A stretch of 64,000 bases of DNA from Mobula hypostoma (Eukaryota). Below the pieces are notes generated by a model. The model saw only the letters and a program-made list of their open reading frames with translations. It was not told where the DNA came from and did no database searches. Location: contig NC_086108.1 of the NCBI RefSeq assembly GCF_963921235.1, forward strand, positions 6,882,001-6,946,000, given 5' to 3'. Position numbers and translations under genes: made by a program. Shown here in pieces: positions 36,104-49,365 of this stretch; positions within the stretch are counted from its first letter, which is position 1, and the number at the start of each line of letters is the position of its first letter.

Positions 36104-37997
36104 TGAATAGTACAGCACAGTACAGGCCCTTCGGCCCACAATGTTATGCCGACCCTCAAACCCTGCCTCCCACATAATCCCCCCACCTTAAATTCCTCCA
36201 TATACCTGTCCAGTAGTCTCTTAAATTTCACTAGTGTATCTGCCTCCACCACTGACTCAGGCAGTGCATTCCACGCACCAACCACTCTCTGAGTAAAAAA
36301 CCTTCCTCTAATATCCCCCTTGAACTTCCCACCCCTTACCTTAAAGCCATGTCCTCTTGTATTGAGCAGTGGTGCCCTGGGGAAGAGGCGCTGGCTGTCC
36401 ACTCTATCTATTATGGCTGTATACCTCTATCATGTCTCCTCTCATCCTCCTTATCTCCAAAGAGTAAAGCCCTAGCTCCCTTAATCTCTGATCATAATGC
36501 ATACTCTTTAAACCAGGCAGCATCCTGGTAAATCTCCTCTGTACCCTTTCCAATGCTTTCCCATACTTCCTATAGTGAGGCGACCAGATCTGGACACAGT
36601 ACTCCAAGTGTGGCCTAACCAGAGTTTTATAGAGCTGCATCATTACCTCGCGACTTTTAAACTCTATCTCTCAACTTATGAAAGCTAACACTCCAAAAGC
36701 TCCCTATCTACCTGTGAGGCAACTTTCAGTGATCTGTGGACATGTACCCCCAGATCCCTCTGCTCCTCCACACTACCAAGTATCCTGCCATTTGCTTTGT
36801 ACTCTGCCTTGGAGTTTGTCCTTCCAAAGTGTACCGCCTCACACTTTGTAAACACTAGGAATTCTGCAGATGCTGCGTTCACCAGCAACTTTAATGTGTG
36901 TTGTACCTCACACTTCTCCGGGTTGAATTCCCTTTGCCACGTCTCAGCCCACTTCTGCATCCTATCAATGTCTCTCTGCAATCTTCGACAATCCTCTATA
37001 CTACCCATACCACCACCAACCTTTGTGTCATCTGCAAACTTGCCAACCTACACTTCTACCCCCACATCCAGGTCGTTAATAAAAATCACGAAAAGTAGAG
37101 GTCCCAGAACTGATCCTTGTGGGGACGCCACTAGTTACAACCCTCCAATCCGAATGTACTCCCTCCACCACGACCCTCTGCCTTCTGCAAATTCGGAATC
37201 CACCTGGCCAAACTTCCCTGGATCCCTTGCCTTCTGATTTTCTGAATAACCCTACTGTGGGGAACTTATGCCTTACTAAAATGCATATAGATCACATCCA
37301 CTGCACTACCTTCATCTATATGCCTGGACACCACCTCAAAGAATTCTATCAGGCTTGTTAGACACGATCTGCCCTTCACAAAGCCATGCTGACTGTCCCT
37401 GATCAGACCATGATTCTCTAAATGCCCATAGATCCTCTCTCTAAGAATTTTTTCCAACAGCTTTCCCACCACAGACGTAAGGCTGACTGGTCTATAATTA
37501 CCCGGACTGTCCCTACTACCTTTTTGAACAAGGGGACAACATTTGCCTCCCTCCAATCCTCCGGTACCATTCCCGTGGACAACGAGGACATAAAGATCCT
37601 AGCCAGATGCTCAGCAATCTCTTCCCTTGCCTCATGGAGCAGCCTGGGGAATATTCCGTCAGGCCCCGGGGACTTATCCATCCTAATGTATTTTAACAAC
37701 TTCAACACCTCCTCTCCCTTAATATCAACATGCTCCAGAACATCAACCTCACTGTTATTGTCCTCACGGTCATCAAGTTCCCTCTCATTGGTGAATACCG
37801 AAGAAAAGTATTCATTGAGGACCTCGCTCACTTCCACAGCCTCCAGGCACATCTTCCCACATTTATCTCTCATCGGTCCTACCTTCACTCCTGTCATCCT
37901 TTTGTTCTTCACTTAATTGAAGAATGCCTCGGGGTTTTCCTTTACCCTACTCGCCAAGGCCTTCTCATGCCCCTTTCTTGCTCTTCTCAGCCCCTTC
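36104..37997 (-). mobile_element. CR1 LINE (family A), 3' half of ORF2 (RT) and 3' end
   Basis: NYRPVSLTSVVGKLLEKI, QHGF..GRSCLT, LVRPHLEYCVQ and FFTQRVV motifs in minus-strand ORFs; frameshifted. Confidence 0.93.
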
Positions 37998-40768
37998 AGG
38001 AGGGGCAGGACTGGCAGCTTAATATTCCAGGGTTCCGATGTTTCAGATGTGATCGAAGCAGAGGAATGAAAGGTGGGGGAGTAGCATTGCTTGTTAGGGA
38101 AAATATTACAGCAGTGCTCAGGCAGGACAGATTAGAGGGCTTGTCTACTGAGTCCTTATGGGTGGAGCTGAGAAACAGGAAAGGTATGGCCACATTAGTG
38201 GGATTGTATTACAGACCACCCAATAGTCAACGAGACTTGGAAGAGCAAATCTGCAGAGAGATAGCAGGCAACTGCAGGAAACATAAAGTTGTGGTGGTAG
38301 GGGATTTTAATTTTCCATACATTGATTGGGACTCCCATACTGTTAGGGGTCTAGATGGTTTAGAGTTTGTAAAATGTGTTCAGGAAAGTTTTCTAAATCA
38401 GTATATAGAGGGACCAACTAGAGGGGATGCAATATTGGATCTCCTGTTAGGAAACGAATTAGGGCAAATGACAGAAGTCTGTGTAGGGGAGCACTTTGGT
38501 TCCAGTGATCATTACACCATTAGTTTCAATTTGATCATGGACAAGGATAGATCTGGTCCTAGGGTTGAGGTTCTGAACTGGAAGAAGGCCAAATTTGAAG
38601 AAATGAGAAAGGATCTAAAAAGCGTGGATTGGAACAGGTTGTTCTCTGGCAAAGATGTGATCGGTAGGTGGGAAGCCTTCAAAGGGGAAATTTTGAGAGT
38701 ACAGAGTTTGTATGTTCCTGTCAGGATTAAAGGCAAATTGAATAGGAATAAGGAACCTTGGTTCTCAAGGGATATTGCAACTCTGATAAAGAAGAAGAGG
38801 GAGTTGTATGAAATGTATAGGAAACAGGGGGTAAATCAGGTGCTTGAGGAGTATAAGAAGTGCAAGAAAATACTTAAGAAAGAAATCAGGAGGGCAAAAA
38901 GAAGACATGAGGTTGCCTTGGCAGTCAAAGTGAAGGATAATCCAAAGAGCTTTTACAAGTATATTAAGAGCAAAAGGATTGTAAGGGATAAAATTGGTCT
39001 CTTGAAGATCAGAGTGGTCGGCTTTGTGCCGAACCAAAGGAAATGGGGGAGATCTTAAATAGGTTTTTTGCGTCTGTATTTACTAAGGAAGCTGGCATGA
39101 AATCTATGGAATTGAGGGAATCAAGTAGTGAGACCATGGAAACTGTACAGATTGAAAAGGAGGAGGTGCTTGCTGTCTTGAGGAAAATTAAAGTGGATAA
39201 ATCCCCGGGACCTGACAGAGTGTTCCCTCGGACCTTGAAGGAGACTAGTGTTGAAATTGCGGGGGGCCCTGGCAGAAATATTTAAAATGTCGCTGTCTAC
39301 GGGTGAAGTGCCGGAGGATTGGAGAGTGGCTCATGTTGTTCCGTTGTTTAAAAAAGGATCGAAAAATAATCCGGGAAATTATAGGCCAGTGAGTTTAACG
39401 TCAGTAGTAGGTAAGTTATTGGAGGGAGTACTAAGAGACAGAATCTACAAGCATTTGGATAGACGGGCTTATTAGGGAGAGTCAACATGGCTTTGTGCGT
39501 GGTAGGTCATGTTTGACCAATCTGTTGGAGTTTTTCGAGGAGGTTACCAGGAAAGTGGATGAAGGGAAGGCAGTGGATATTGTCTACATGGACTTCAGTA
39601 AGGCCTTTGACAAGGTCCCGCATGGGAGGTTAGTTAGGAAAATTCAGTCGTTAGGTATACATGGAGAGGTGGTAAATTGGATTAGACATTGGCTCGATGG
39701 AAGAAGCCAGAGAGTGGTGGTAGAGAATTGCTTCTCTGAGTGGAGGCCTGTGACTAGTGGTGTGGTGTGCCACAGGGATCAGTGCTGGGTCCATTGTTAT
39801 TTGTCATCTATATCAATGATCTGGATGATAATGTGGTAAATTGGATCAGCAAGTTTGCTGATGATACAAAGATTGGAGGTGTAGTAGACAGTGAGGAAGG
39901 TTTTCAGAGCCTGCAGAGGGACTTGGACCAGCTGGAAAAATGGGCTGAAAAATGGCAGATGGAGTTTAATACTGACAAGTGTGAGGTATTGCACGTTGGA
40001 AGGACAAACCAACGTAGAACATACAGGGTTAATGGTAAGGCACTGAGGAGTGCAGTGGAACAGAGGGATCTGGGAATACAGATACAAAATTCCCTAAAAG
40101 GGTCGTCACAGGTAGATAGGGTCGTAAAGACAGCTTTTGGTACATTGGCCTTTATTAATCGAAGTATTGAGTATAAGAGCTGTAATGTTATGATGAGGTT
40201 GTGTAAGGCATTGGTGAGGCCGAATCTGGAGTATTGTGTTCAGTTTTGGTCACCAGATTACAGGAAGGATATAAATAAGGTTGAAAGAGCGCAGAGAAGG
40301 TTTACAAGGATGTTGCCAGGACTTGAGAAACTCAGTTACAGAGGAAGGTTGAATAGGTTAGGACTTTATTCCCTGGAGAAGAATGAGGGGAGATTTGATA
40401 GAGGTATATAAAATTATGATGGGTATAGATAGAGTGAATGCAAGCAGGCTTTTTCCACTGAGGCAAGGGGAGAAAAAAACCAGAGGACATGGGTTAAGGG
40501 TGAGGGGGGAAAAGTTTAAAGGGAACATTAGGGGGGGTTTCTTCACACAGAGAGTGGTGGGAGTTTGGAATGAGCTGCCAGACGAGGTGGTAAATGCATG
40601 TTCTTTTTTAACATTTAAGAATAAATTGGACAGGTACATGGATGGGAGGTGTATGGAGGGATATGGTCCGTGTGCAGGTCAGTGGGACTCGGCAGAAAAT
40701 GGTTTGGCACAGCCAAGAAGGGCCAAAGGGCCTGTTTCTGTGCTGTAGTTTCTATGGTTCTTTGGTTC
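37998..40768 (+). mobile_element. CR1 LINE (family B), near-complete ORF2 (EN + RT) nested in family A in opposite orientation
   Basis: ORFs 37730-39058, 39248-39475, 39495-39839, 39767-40411, 40383-40748 with [21 protein letters not shown]; ends in a TTCTATGG-type tail. Confidence 0.93.
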
Positions 40769-42520
40769 TTCTTAAGCTCCTTTCCTGCTACCCTATATTC
40801 CTCAATAGACCCATCTGATCCTTGCTTCCTAAACCTCATGTATGCTGCCTTCGTCCACCTGACTAGATTTTCCACCTCACTTGTCACCCATGGTTCCTTC
40901 ACCCTACCATTCTTTATCTTCCTCACCGGGACAAATTTATCCCTAACATCCTGCAAGAGATCTCGAAACATCGACCACATGTCCATAGTACATTTCCCTG
41001 CAAAAACATCATCCCAATTCACACCCGCAAGTTCTAGCCTTATAGCCTCATAATTTGCCCATCCACAATTAAAAATTTTCCTGTCCTCTCTGATTCTATC
41101 CTTTTCCATGATAATGCTAAAGGGCAGGGAGCAGTGGTCACTGTCCCCCAGATGCTCACCCACTGAGAGTTCTGTGACCTGACCCGGTTCGTTACCTAAT
41201 ACTAGATCTAGTATGGTATTCCCCCTAGTTGGCCTGTCAACATATTGTGACAGGAATCCGTCCTGGACACACTTAACAAACTCTGCCCCGTCTAAACCAT
41301 TGGAACTGATCAGGTGCCAATCAATATTAAGGAAGTTAAAGTCACCCATGATACCAACACTGTTATTTTTGCGCCTTTCCAAAATCTGCATCCCAATCTG
41401 CTCCTCAGTATCTCTGCTGCTACCAGGGGGCCTATAGAATACTCCCAATAGAGTAACTGCTCCCTTCCTGTTCCTGACTTCCACCCATACTGACTCAAAA
41501 TCCTGCTACATTACCCACTCTTTCTGTAGTGGCCACCCCTCCTCCCCTTCCCCCCTCTCTATCCCTTTTAAAGCACTGAAATCGAGGAATATTGAGAATC
41601 CATTCCCGCCCTGGTGCCAGCCAAGTCTCTGTAATGGCCACTACATCATAATTCCATGTATGTATCCAAGCTCTCAGTTCATCACCTTTGTTCCTGATGC
41701 TTCTTACATTGAAGTACACGCGCTTTAGCCCTTCTACCTTACTACCTTTACACCCTTTATTCTGTTTCTCTTTCCTCAAAGCCTCTCTGTATGTTAGATC
41801 TGGCTTTACTCCATGCACTTCTTTCACTGCTCTATCGCTCTGGGTCCCATCCCCCTTGCAAATTAGTTTAAACCCTCCCGAACCATGCTAGCAAACCTAC
41901 CTGCAAGGATATTGCTCCCCCTCGAGTTCAGATGCAACCCATCCGATCTGTACAGGTCCCACCTTCCCCAGAAGAGATCCCAATGGTCTAAAAATCTAAA
42001 ACTCTGCTCCCTGCACCAACTCCTCAGCCACGCATTCAACTGCCATCTCCTCCAATTCTTACCATCACTGTCACGTAGCACTGGCAGCAATCCTGAGAAC
42101 GCCACCCTTGGGGTCCTGTTCTTCAGCCTTCTGCCTAGTTCCCGAAACTCACACTTCAGGACCTCATCCCTCTTCCTGCCTATGTCATTGGTGCCAACAT
42201 GTATCACGACTTCTGGTTGCTTTCCCTCTCGTACCTCGATGTCGTGCACCCAGTCAGAGACATCCCGGACCCTGGCACCCGGGAGGCAACAAACCATGCG
42301 GGTGTCCTTCTCACGTCCACAAAATCTCCTGTCTGCTCCCCTGACTATAGAGTCTCCAATGACGACAGCTCTCCTCTTCTCTGTCCCACCCTTCTGCACC
42401 ACAGGGTCAGACTCAGTGCCAGAGGCCCTGCCACCGTGGCTCACACCTGGTCGGTCGTCCCCGCCAACAGTATCCAGGGGAACGGCTACAGGGGTGCTCT
42501 GCACTACCTGTCTACTCACC
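40769..42520 (-). mobile_element. CR1 LINE (family A), 5' half: ORF1 esterase/SGNH domain (41863-42519) and ORF2 endonuclease
   Basis: VIGDSIVR, CLPGARV, VIHVGTNDI and DGLHLN SGNH motifs; YRPP, MGDFNF, SDH endonuclease motifs; sequence rejoins 37997 across the family B insertion. Confidence 0.93.
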
Positions 42521-43576
42521 TAATGCCCCTAATATATCTGCCTGTAGCCCCAGCCCTGGCAGTGCATTCCATGCACCCATTGCTCTGTGCAATGACTTAC
42601 CTCTGACACCCCCTTATAGATTCCTCCAGTCACATCAATTTCCTCTCTGAATGTATCTACCCAAATATCCTTTAAATGGTGTTCATAGTACTTTATAAAA
42701 TGTTGTTAATCCTAATGTAGCCAGTTATTAGATTACCAATGTTCACAAGTAGGTCAGATCTGCATTTTTAAAAACTATCTTGTGTTGTGAAAATGATGAA
42801 TCTGGTCCATAGTACTGTTTTTTTTGGGTAAAATAGTGATTTTACCAGTCCATCTGGTTTGGGGGCGGTGTAAGGGTGGTGGGGGCTACTGCACAGGATT
42901 GAAGTAAGCTGCAGAGAGTTGTAAACCCAGTCAGCTCCTTCACGGGCACCGGCCTCCGTAGTAACCAAGTCATCTTCAAGGAGCGATGCCTCAAAAAGGT
43001 GGCAACCATCATTAAGGACCCCCATCAGGCAGGACCTGCCCTCTTCTCACTGCTACCATCAGGGAGGAGGTACAGGAGCCTGAAGACACACACTCAGCAA
43101 TTCAGGATATGCTCAGTGGTTGGGATGGCTTTCCCCATGGTGTACTGAGCCGAATCCACGACCTTTTGAAGGATTTTCCATTCAAAGGCATTGGTGCTTC
43201 CAGATCAGGCTGTGATGTTGTATGTCTATAGACATTTGTAAGAGCGTTTAGACTTACTGACTCTCCTAATGAGGTGGCGCTACTGGCCTACTTCCTTCAG
43301 GATTGCATCAACGTATTGGGCCCAGTACAGATTCTCCAAGACATTGATATCTATGAACTTGGAGCTCTTGCCTTTTCTACTGCTGACCCCTCTAATGAGG
43401 TCTGTTATGTGTTCACCCAACTTCCTCTTCCTGAAGTCCACAGTCAATTCGTGGCTGTTGCTGATACTGATTGATGCAGGTTCGAATTTATTTACGTTTA
43501 TTGAAACACACAGGGAAATATGTTGTTTGAGTTAAGAGCCAACACAACCCAAGGATGTGCTGGGGGCGGCCCGTAT

Positions 43577-43857
43577 GTTTACAGAGAATGGTGCGCAGAA
43601 ACAAAGCAACATCCACTGAGCGACAGTACTGTGGGTGAAAACACCTTGATAATGAGAGAGGTTGGTAGGGAATGGCCAGACTTGTTCAAGCTGACAGGAA
43701 GGTGACAGTAACTCAAATAACCACGTGTTACAACCACGGTGTGCAGAAGAGCATCTCTGAACGTACAACATGTCAAAACTTTAAGTGGGTGGACTACAGC
43801 AGCAGGAGACCACATCGAGTCCCACTCCTGTACCGAATAAAGTGGCCATGAAGTGTA
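43577..43857 (+). mobile_element. Tc1/mariner internally deleted derivative, 3' fragment with TIR
   Basis: Overlaps the 51.4-kb fragment in sequence; ends taccgaataaagtggccatgaagtg-TA. Confidence 0.8.
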
Positions 43858-44696
43858 CATTGGAGGATACAGTGAAATGTGACATTTGCATTAATAACAA
43901 CCAACACAACCAAAGGATGTGCTGGGGGCAGCCCACAAGTGCACCACACAGTCTGGTACCAACATGGCCTACCACGATGCTCAGCACAACAGCATCGAAA
44001 TAAGCCCCTTTCCTTCCTCCCTCTCTCCCATCCACCTATCTCTAGGTGTGTGTGTTTATTAATATTATTATTTATTAACATTAATAAATGACATTATTTA
44101 TTTATTCTCTCAGTCTCACCCTTTAATGCCAAAATTAAAAGGTGAGGGGGAGGGGAAGGAGGCTGGCTGGGAGGTGATGGGTGAAGCCAGGTGGGTGGGA
44201 AAGGTCAAGGGCTGGGGAAGAAAGAATTTGATAGGAGAGGAGAGTTCCAATCTCAAGTTTGGATAGGCAGGGCTAATGGTTTCAGAACTGATTGGCTTGT
44301 CTCAACAATATATTTTAAGATTCAGGATTGTTTAATGTCATTTCCAGTACACAAGGGTAAAGGAGAATGAAATAATTGTTCCTCTGGATCTGACGCAGCA
44401 CAAAAAAAAAACACAATAAGATCAAGAACACAATAATAATACTTAAACACAATATTCAAAGATTCAAAGTACATTTATTTATCGAAGTATGTATGCAGTA
44501 TACAACCCTGAGATTTGTCTTCCCCCATAGACAGCCATGAAACAAAGAAACACCCTGGAACCAACCTGTTCAAAAAGCACAAAACATCAACTCTCCCCCC
44601 CCCCCACAACACACACATGCAAAAGAATTGTGCAAACAGCAACAAAAATAAGTGAAAACAGAATATAAAACACAGAAGCAAACAGCATATTTCAGT

Positions 44697-46557
44697 GCAA
44701 CGCTCACAACACACTGGAGGAACTCAGCAGGTCGGGCAGCATCCGTGGAAATGATGTGTCAATTTTTCGGGCTGGAACCCTTCGTCAGGACTGTAGAGGG
44801 AAGGGGCAGAGGCCCTGTAAAGAAGGTGGGGGGAGGGTGGGAAGGAGAAGGCTGGTAGGTTCCAGGTGAAAAACCAGTAAGGGGAAAGATAAAGGGGTTG
44901 GGGGAGGGGGAAGCAGGGAGGTGACAGGCAGGAAAGGTGAAGAAGGAATAGGGGAAAACACAATGGGTAGTAGAAGGAGGCGGAACCATGAGGGAGGTGA
45001 TAGGCAGCTGGGGGAGGGAGCAGAGTGACATAGGGATAGGGCAAGGGAGGGGGAGGGAATTACCGGAACTTGGAGAATTCTATGTTCATACCAAGGGGCT
45101 GGAGACTACCTAGATGGTATATGAGGTGTTGTTCCTCCAACCTGAGTTTAGCCTCATCATGGCAGTAGAGGAGGTCATGTATGGATATATCTGAATGGGA
45201 ATGGGAAGCAGAGTTGAAGTGGGTGGCCACCGGGAGATCCTGCCTGTTGTGGCGGACGGAGTGAAGGTGCTCGACGAAGCGGTCCCCCAATCTGCGTCGG
45301 GTTTCACCGATGTAGAGGAGGCCACACCGGGAGTACCGGATGCAATAGATGACCCCAACAGACTCACAAGTGAAGTGTTGCCTCACCTGGAAGGACTGTT
45401 TGGGGCCCTGAATGGTGGCAAGAGAGGAGGTGTAGGGACAGGTGTAGCACTTACACTTACAGGGATAAGTGCCGGGTGGGAGATCTGTGGGGATGGATGT
45501 GCGGATAAGGGAGTCGTGGAGGGACCGATCCCTGCGGAAGGCAGAGAGGGGTGGAGAGGGAAAGATGTGCTTAGGGGTGGGGTCCTGTTGAAGGTGGTGG
45601 AAGTTGCGGAGGATAATGTGCTGGATCCAGAGGCTGGTGGGGTGGTAGGTGAGGACAAGGGGAACTCTGTCCCTGTTGTGTTTGCGGGAGGATGGGGTGA
45701 GGGCCGAAGTGTGGGAAATGGAGGAGATGCGGGTGAGGGCATTGTTCATGACGGAAGAAGAGAAACCACGATCTTTAAAGAAAGAGGACATTTGAGATGT
45801 CCTGGAAAGGAAAACCTCATCCTGGGAGCAGATGCGGCGGAGACGGAGGAACTGGGAAAAGGGAATGGGATTTTTGCATGTGGTGGGGTGGGAAGAGGTA
45901 TAGTCGAGGTAGTTATGAGAATCAGTGGGCTTGTAGAAGATGTCAGTAGACAGTCTGTCTCCAGAGATGGAGACTGAGAGATCGAGAAAGGGGAGAGAAG
46001 TGTCCGAGATGGACCAAGTGAATTTGAGGGCTGGGTGGAAGTTAGAAGTAAAGTCGATGAAATTGACGAGCTCAGCATGGGTGCAGGAAGCAGCACCAAT
46101 GTAGTCGTCAATGTACCAAAGGAAAAGTTGGGGAGCAGTACCGGAATAGGTTTGGAGCACAGACTGTTCCACATAACCAACGAAGAGGCAGGCATAGCTG
46201 GGGCCCATGAGAGTGCCCATAGCTACACCCTTAGTCTGAAGAAAGTGGGAAGAGCCAAAAGAGAAATTATTAAGTGTGAGAACCAGTTCCGCCAACCGAA
46301 AGAGGGTAGTGGTGGTGGGGAACTGGTGAGGTCTATTATCCAGGAAGTAGTGGAGGGCTTTGAGGCCTTCTTGATGGGGAATGGAGGTGTATAGGGATTG
46401 GACATCCATAGTGAAAATGAAGTGGTTGGGACCGGGGAACTGGAAGTTATTGAAGAGGTGGAGGGCATGGGATGTATCCCAGATGTAGGTGGGGAGGGAC
46501 TGAACTAGGGGTGACAAAATGGAGTCCAGGTAGGCAGATACAAGTTCGGTGGGACAG
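44697..46557 (-). mobile_element. 5'-truncated Penelope-like retroelement (Neptune-like): RT + Cys linker + GIY-YIG endonuclease ORF (45060-46517, 485 aa) and 3' pseudo-LTR
   Basis: TMDVQSLYTSI, GVAMGT.MGPSYA and YIDD RT motifs; CKCKCYTC linker; GVIYCI...LYIGETRRRLGDRFVEH; 12-bp TSD GCATATTTCAGT at 44685-44696 and 46558-46569. Confidence 0.93.
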
Positions 46558-47070
46558 GCATATTTCAGTACTAATTACAAGTTCTAGTTACCATAATTAT
46601 AAGTACATAAGATAGCATATATGCATTGATTGTATGTCCAGGCTGTACGTAAGGTGACTGACAGGAAGTAAAAAAGTAGTGGTGGAGGTGTTGATCAGCC
46701 AGCATCTCTCTGTATACACATCCTCGATGGTGGGTAGGTGGTGCGAGTGACGCACTGGGCAGATTTGACTATCGTTGTAGACCCTTCCTGTCCACCACAA
46801 TGCAGTTTCCATCTGTAGAACGACATGGGTATAGATGTGCAAAGCTCAGCTCTCTTCAGCGTCCTCAGAAAGCAGAGGCACTGATGAGCTTTCCTGACTC
46901 TGTAGGATGTGTTCTGGGACCATGAGAGGTTGAACAGGAAGCGGCTGCAATTTTCAGCTGAATTACGTTCCTCTGTGGCTGCAGGGCAACCGCAGAGTTT
47001 CCGCTGCTCCAGCCTTGGTTTATCATCTGCGGGGCCTCACCACCACCATGTGGGGAAAGTGCCTGCTCTG

Positions 47071-47101
47071 CTGCCCTCCAGTGGGTGGCACCAGAACTGC
47101 A
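47071..47101 (-). promoter_or_regulatory. CTCF motif with upstream module (TGCAG-N12-CCACTGGAGGGCAG)
   Basis: Match to the CCASYAGRKGGCRS core plus correctly spaced upstream motif. Confidence 0.6.
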
Positions 47102-48800
47102 GGCCCAGCTGTGAACAGCAATCTCACACCAGTCTGGATTGCCCAAGTCCCAGCGTCAGAATCAGGTTTACTACAACTGGCAGACATCATGAAACTTGTT
47201 GTTTTGTGGCAGCAGTACATTGCAATTCATAATAAAAATCTACAAATTGCAATAAGAATATTATTCATGCATTCACTCTGTGCCATGTCATATGACGTGG
47301 GTAATCGTGGTCTTGAACATGATTGTTCTTGGCGAAATTTTCTACAGAAGTGGTTTGTCATTGTCTTCTTCTGGGCAGTGTCTTTACAAGACAAGACGGG
47401 TGACCCCAGCCATTATCAATACTCTTCAGAGATTGTCTGCCTGGTGTCAGTGGTCGCATAACCAGGACGTGTGATATGTGTCAGCTGCTCATACGACCAT
47501 CCACCACCTGATCCCATGTTTCCATGTGACCCTGACTGGGGTCTAAGCAAGTGCAGGCTGGCAGAGGGCAGGAGCCCCTTAAACGTCCTTTCACAGAGAT
47601 GTATCTCCACACCCCCTCCCAACCACTATATATATACTATATATATATATATATATAGTAGGGATTCCTTAATTTCATTAGACACAATTCACCCACCCAG
47701 ACTGTTAAGGGTTAAGTTCGCCATGTATTTTACATGTTATGTTGTACGTTTTGAGGGCATTTTTCTCTGATACACACACACACAGAGTTGCCATTTGTTG
47801 GCTTGTGAATAAAGAGTACATTAGAAGTAATTACACTCGTGTCAATTTTTGTCGACACTCCTACCATACATTTTAAAATTGAATTTGCAAAAAAAGAAGA
47901 AAAAATACTGAGGTAGTGTTAATGGATTCAATGTCCGTTCAGAAGTCTGATGGCAGGGTGGGGAGAGGAGGTAAAAGCTGTTCCTGAATCGTTGAGTGAG
48001 TGTACCTCCTACTTGACCGTAGCAGTGAGAAGGGGGCATGTCCTGGGTGATGGGGGTCCTAATGACGGGTGCTGCTTTTTTTTGATGTATCACCTTTTGA
48101 AGATGTCCTGGATGCTGGCGAGGCCAGTGCCTGTGAGGGAGCTGACTGAGTTTGTAACTTTACTGCTTTTTCTGACCCTGTGCAGTGGCCTGTCTACACC
48201 AGACAATGATGAAACCTGACAGAACGCTCTCCACTGTACATCTGTATAAATGTGTGAGTGCCTTTGGTGACAAACCAGATCTCCTCAAACTCCTAATGAA
48301 ATACAGCCACTGCCATGCCTTGTTAGTAATTGTGTAAGCCTAACCCTAAGATTGCGTACTATGAAGCAAATTGTTTTACCAACATCCTGGTTAGCTGCAA
48401 TGCTCATTGCTTAAGTCAACAGGAGAATGCCTCAGCCGATGAACCTCATCTGCGCAGATAACATCAGGCTGTTAAATTCTACTCTTGGAGCAGAATGATT
48501 AAGAAGAAACTAGCTTTAAAAGTTTCACACACCAAATATAGGCAGAAATGTCACAGGAAGGTTCTGGGCTGCACTCGGTGACATTATCTGCCCTTGTAAC
48601 ATTAGCACCGGTCGCCCTGACGTTTGCTTCCTCTTCAGTTTTAGAAATTTCACCATACAAGGTGGTTGGTCGTGTATTTGTAGAAACCAGAACCACTGCA
48701 GAAAGACTGGGTGATTTCAGTGTGGGTTGCAACAGGCGAGAACATGTCAAATCTTCCTTCCTGTAACCAGTAAATGACATTTATCCAGTCTCATGACCTA

Positions 48801-49101
48801 TCGCTGCTCCCCATCTGTAATTTCTTCAGCTCTTCAACTTTTCGACCACATTTTGACTCAGACTCGCCAGCTCTTGGCTCCATCCCTCCCCCTCCTGTCT
48901 TCTCCTATCATTTTGGATCTCCTCCTCCCCCTCCCACTTTCAAATCTCTTACTAACTCTTCCTTCAGTTAGTCCTGACGAAGGGTCTTGGCCCAAAACGT
49001 CGACTGTACCTCTTCCTAGAGATGCTGCCTGGCCTGCTGCGTTCACCAGCAACTTTTATGTGTGTTGCTTGAATTTCCAGCATCTGCAGAATTCCTCGTG
49101 T
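48801..49101 (+). mobile_element. Penelope pseudo-LTR fragment with a mutated hammerhead (GAAA to AAAA)
   Basis: Same subfamily as 33752-33971; 10-bp TSD TCATGACCTA at 48791-48800 and 49102-49111. Confidence 0.85.
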
Positions 49102-49365
49102 TCATGACCTAATGGCAACTTTTGGCAGTTCATCACAACTGCTTTCCAAACTTCCCAACATTTATTGCAATCTATGGACTAGGACAGCCTGGCTGAACAA
49201 TGCTACCTTATCCAAAGTCACTTGTGATCCCTCTTTGCCTGGGTAGCTATACTTTGGGTGGGGGAGGGGCAGCACATCTAATCCTGTCTACACTTCCACC
49301 CAGGGTAAAATATGAATTAATTCATTATGAATTACGATGTGCTGTATGATGTTGTCAATCATGGT

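Noticed and set aside
45195..45977. 260-aa plus-strand ORF and similar antisense ORFs (41885-42523, 52227-52799, 55023-55652)
   Set aside because: Antisense shadows of Penelope or CR1 coding sequence.
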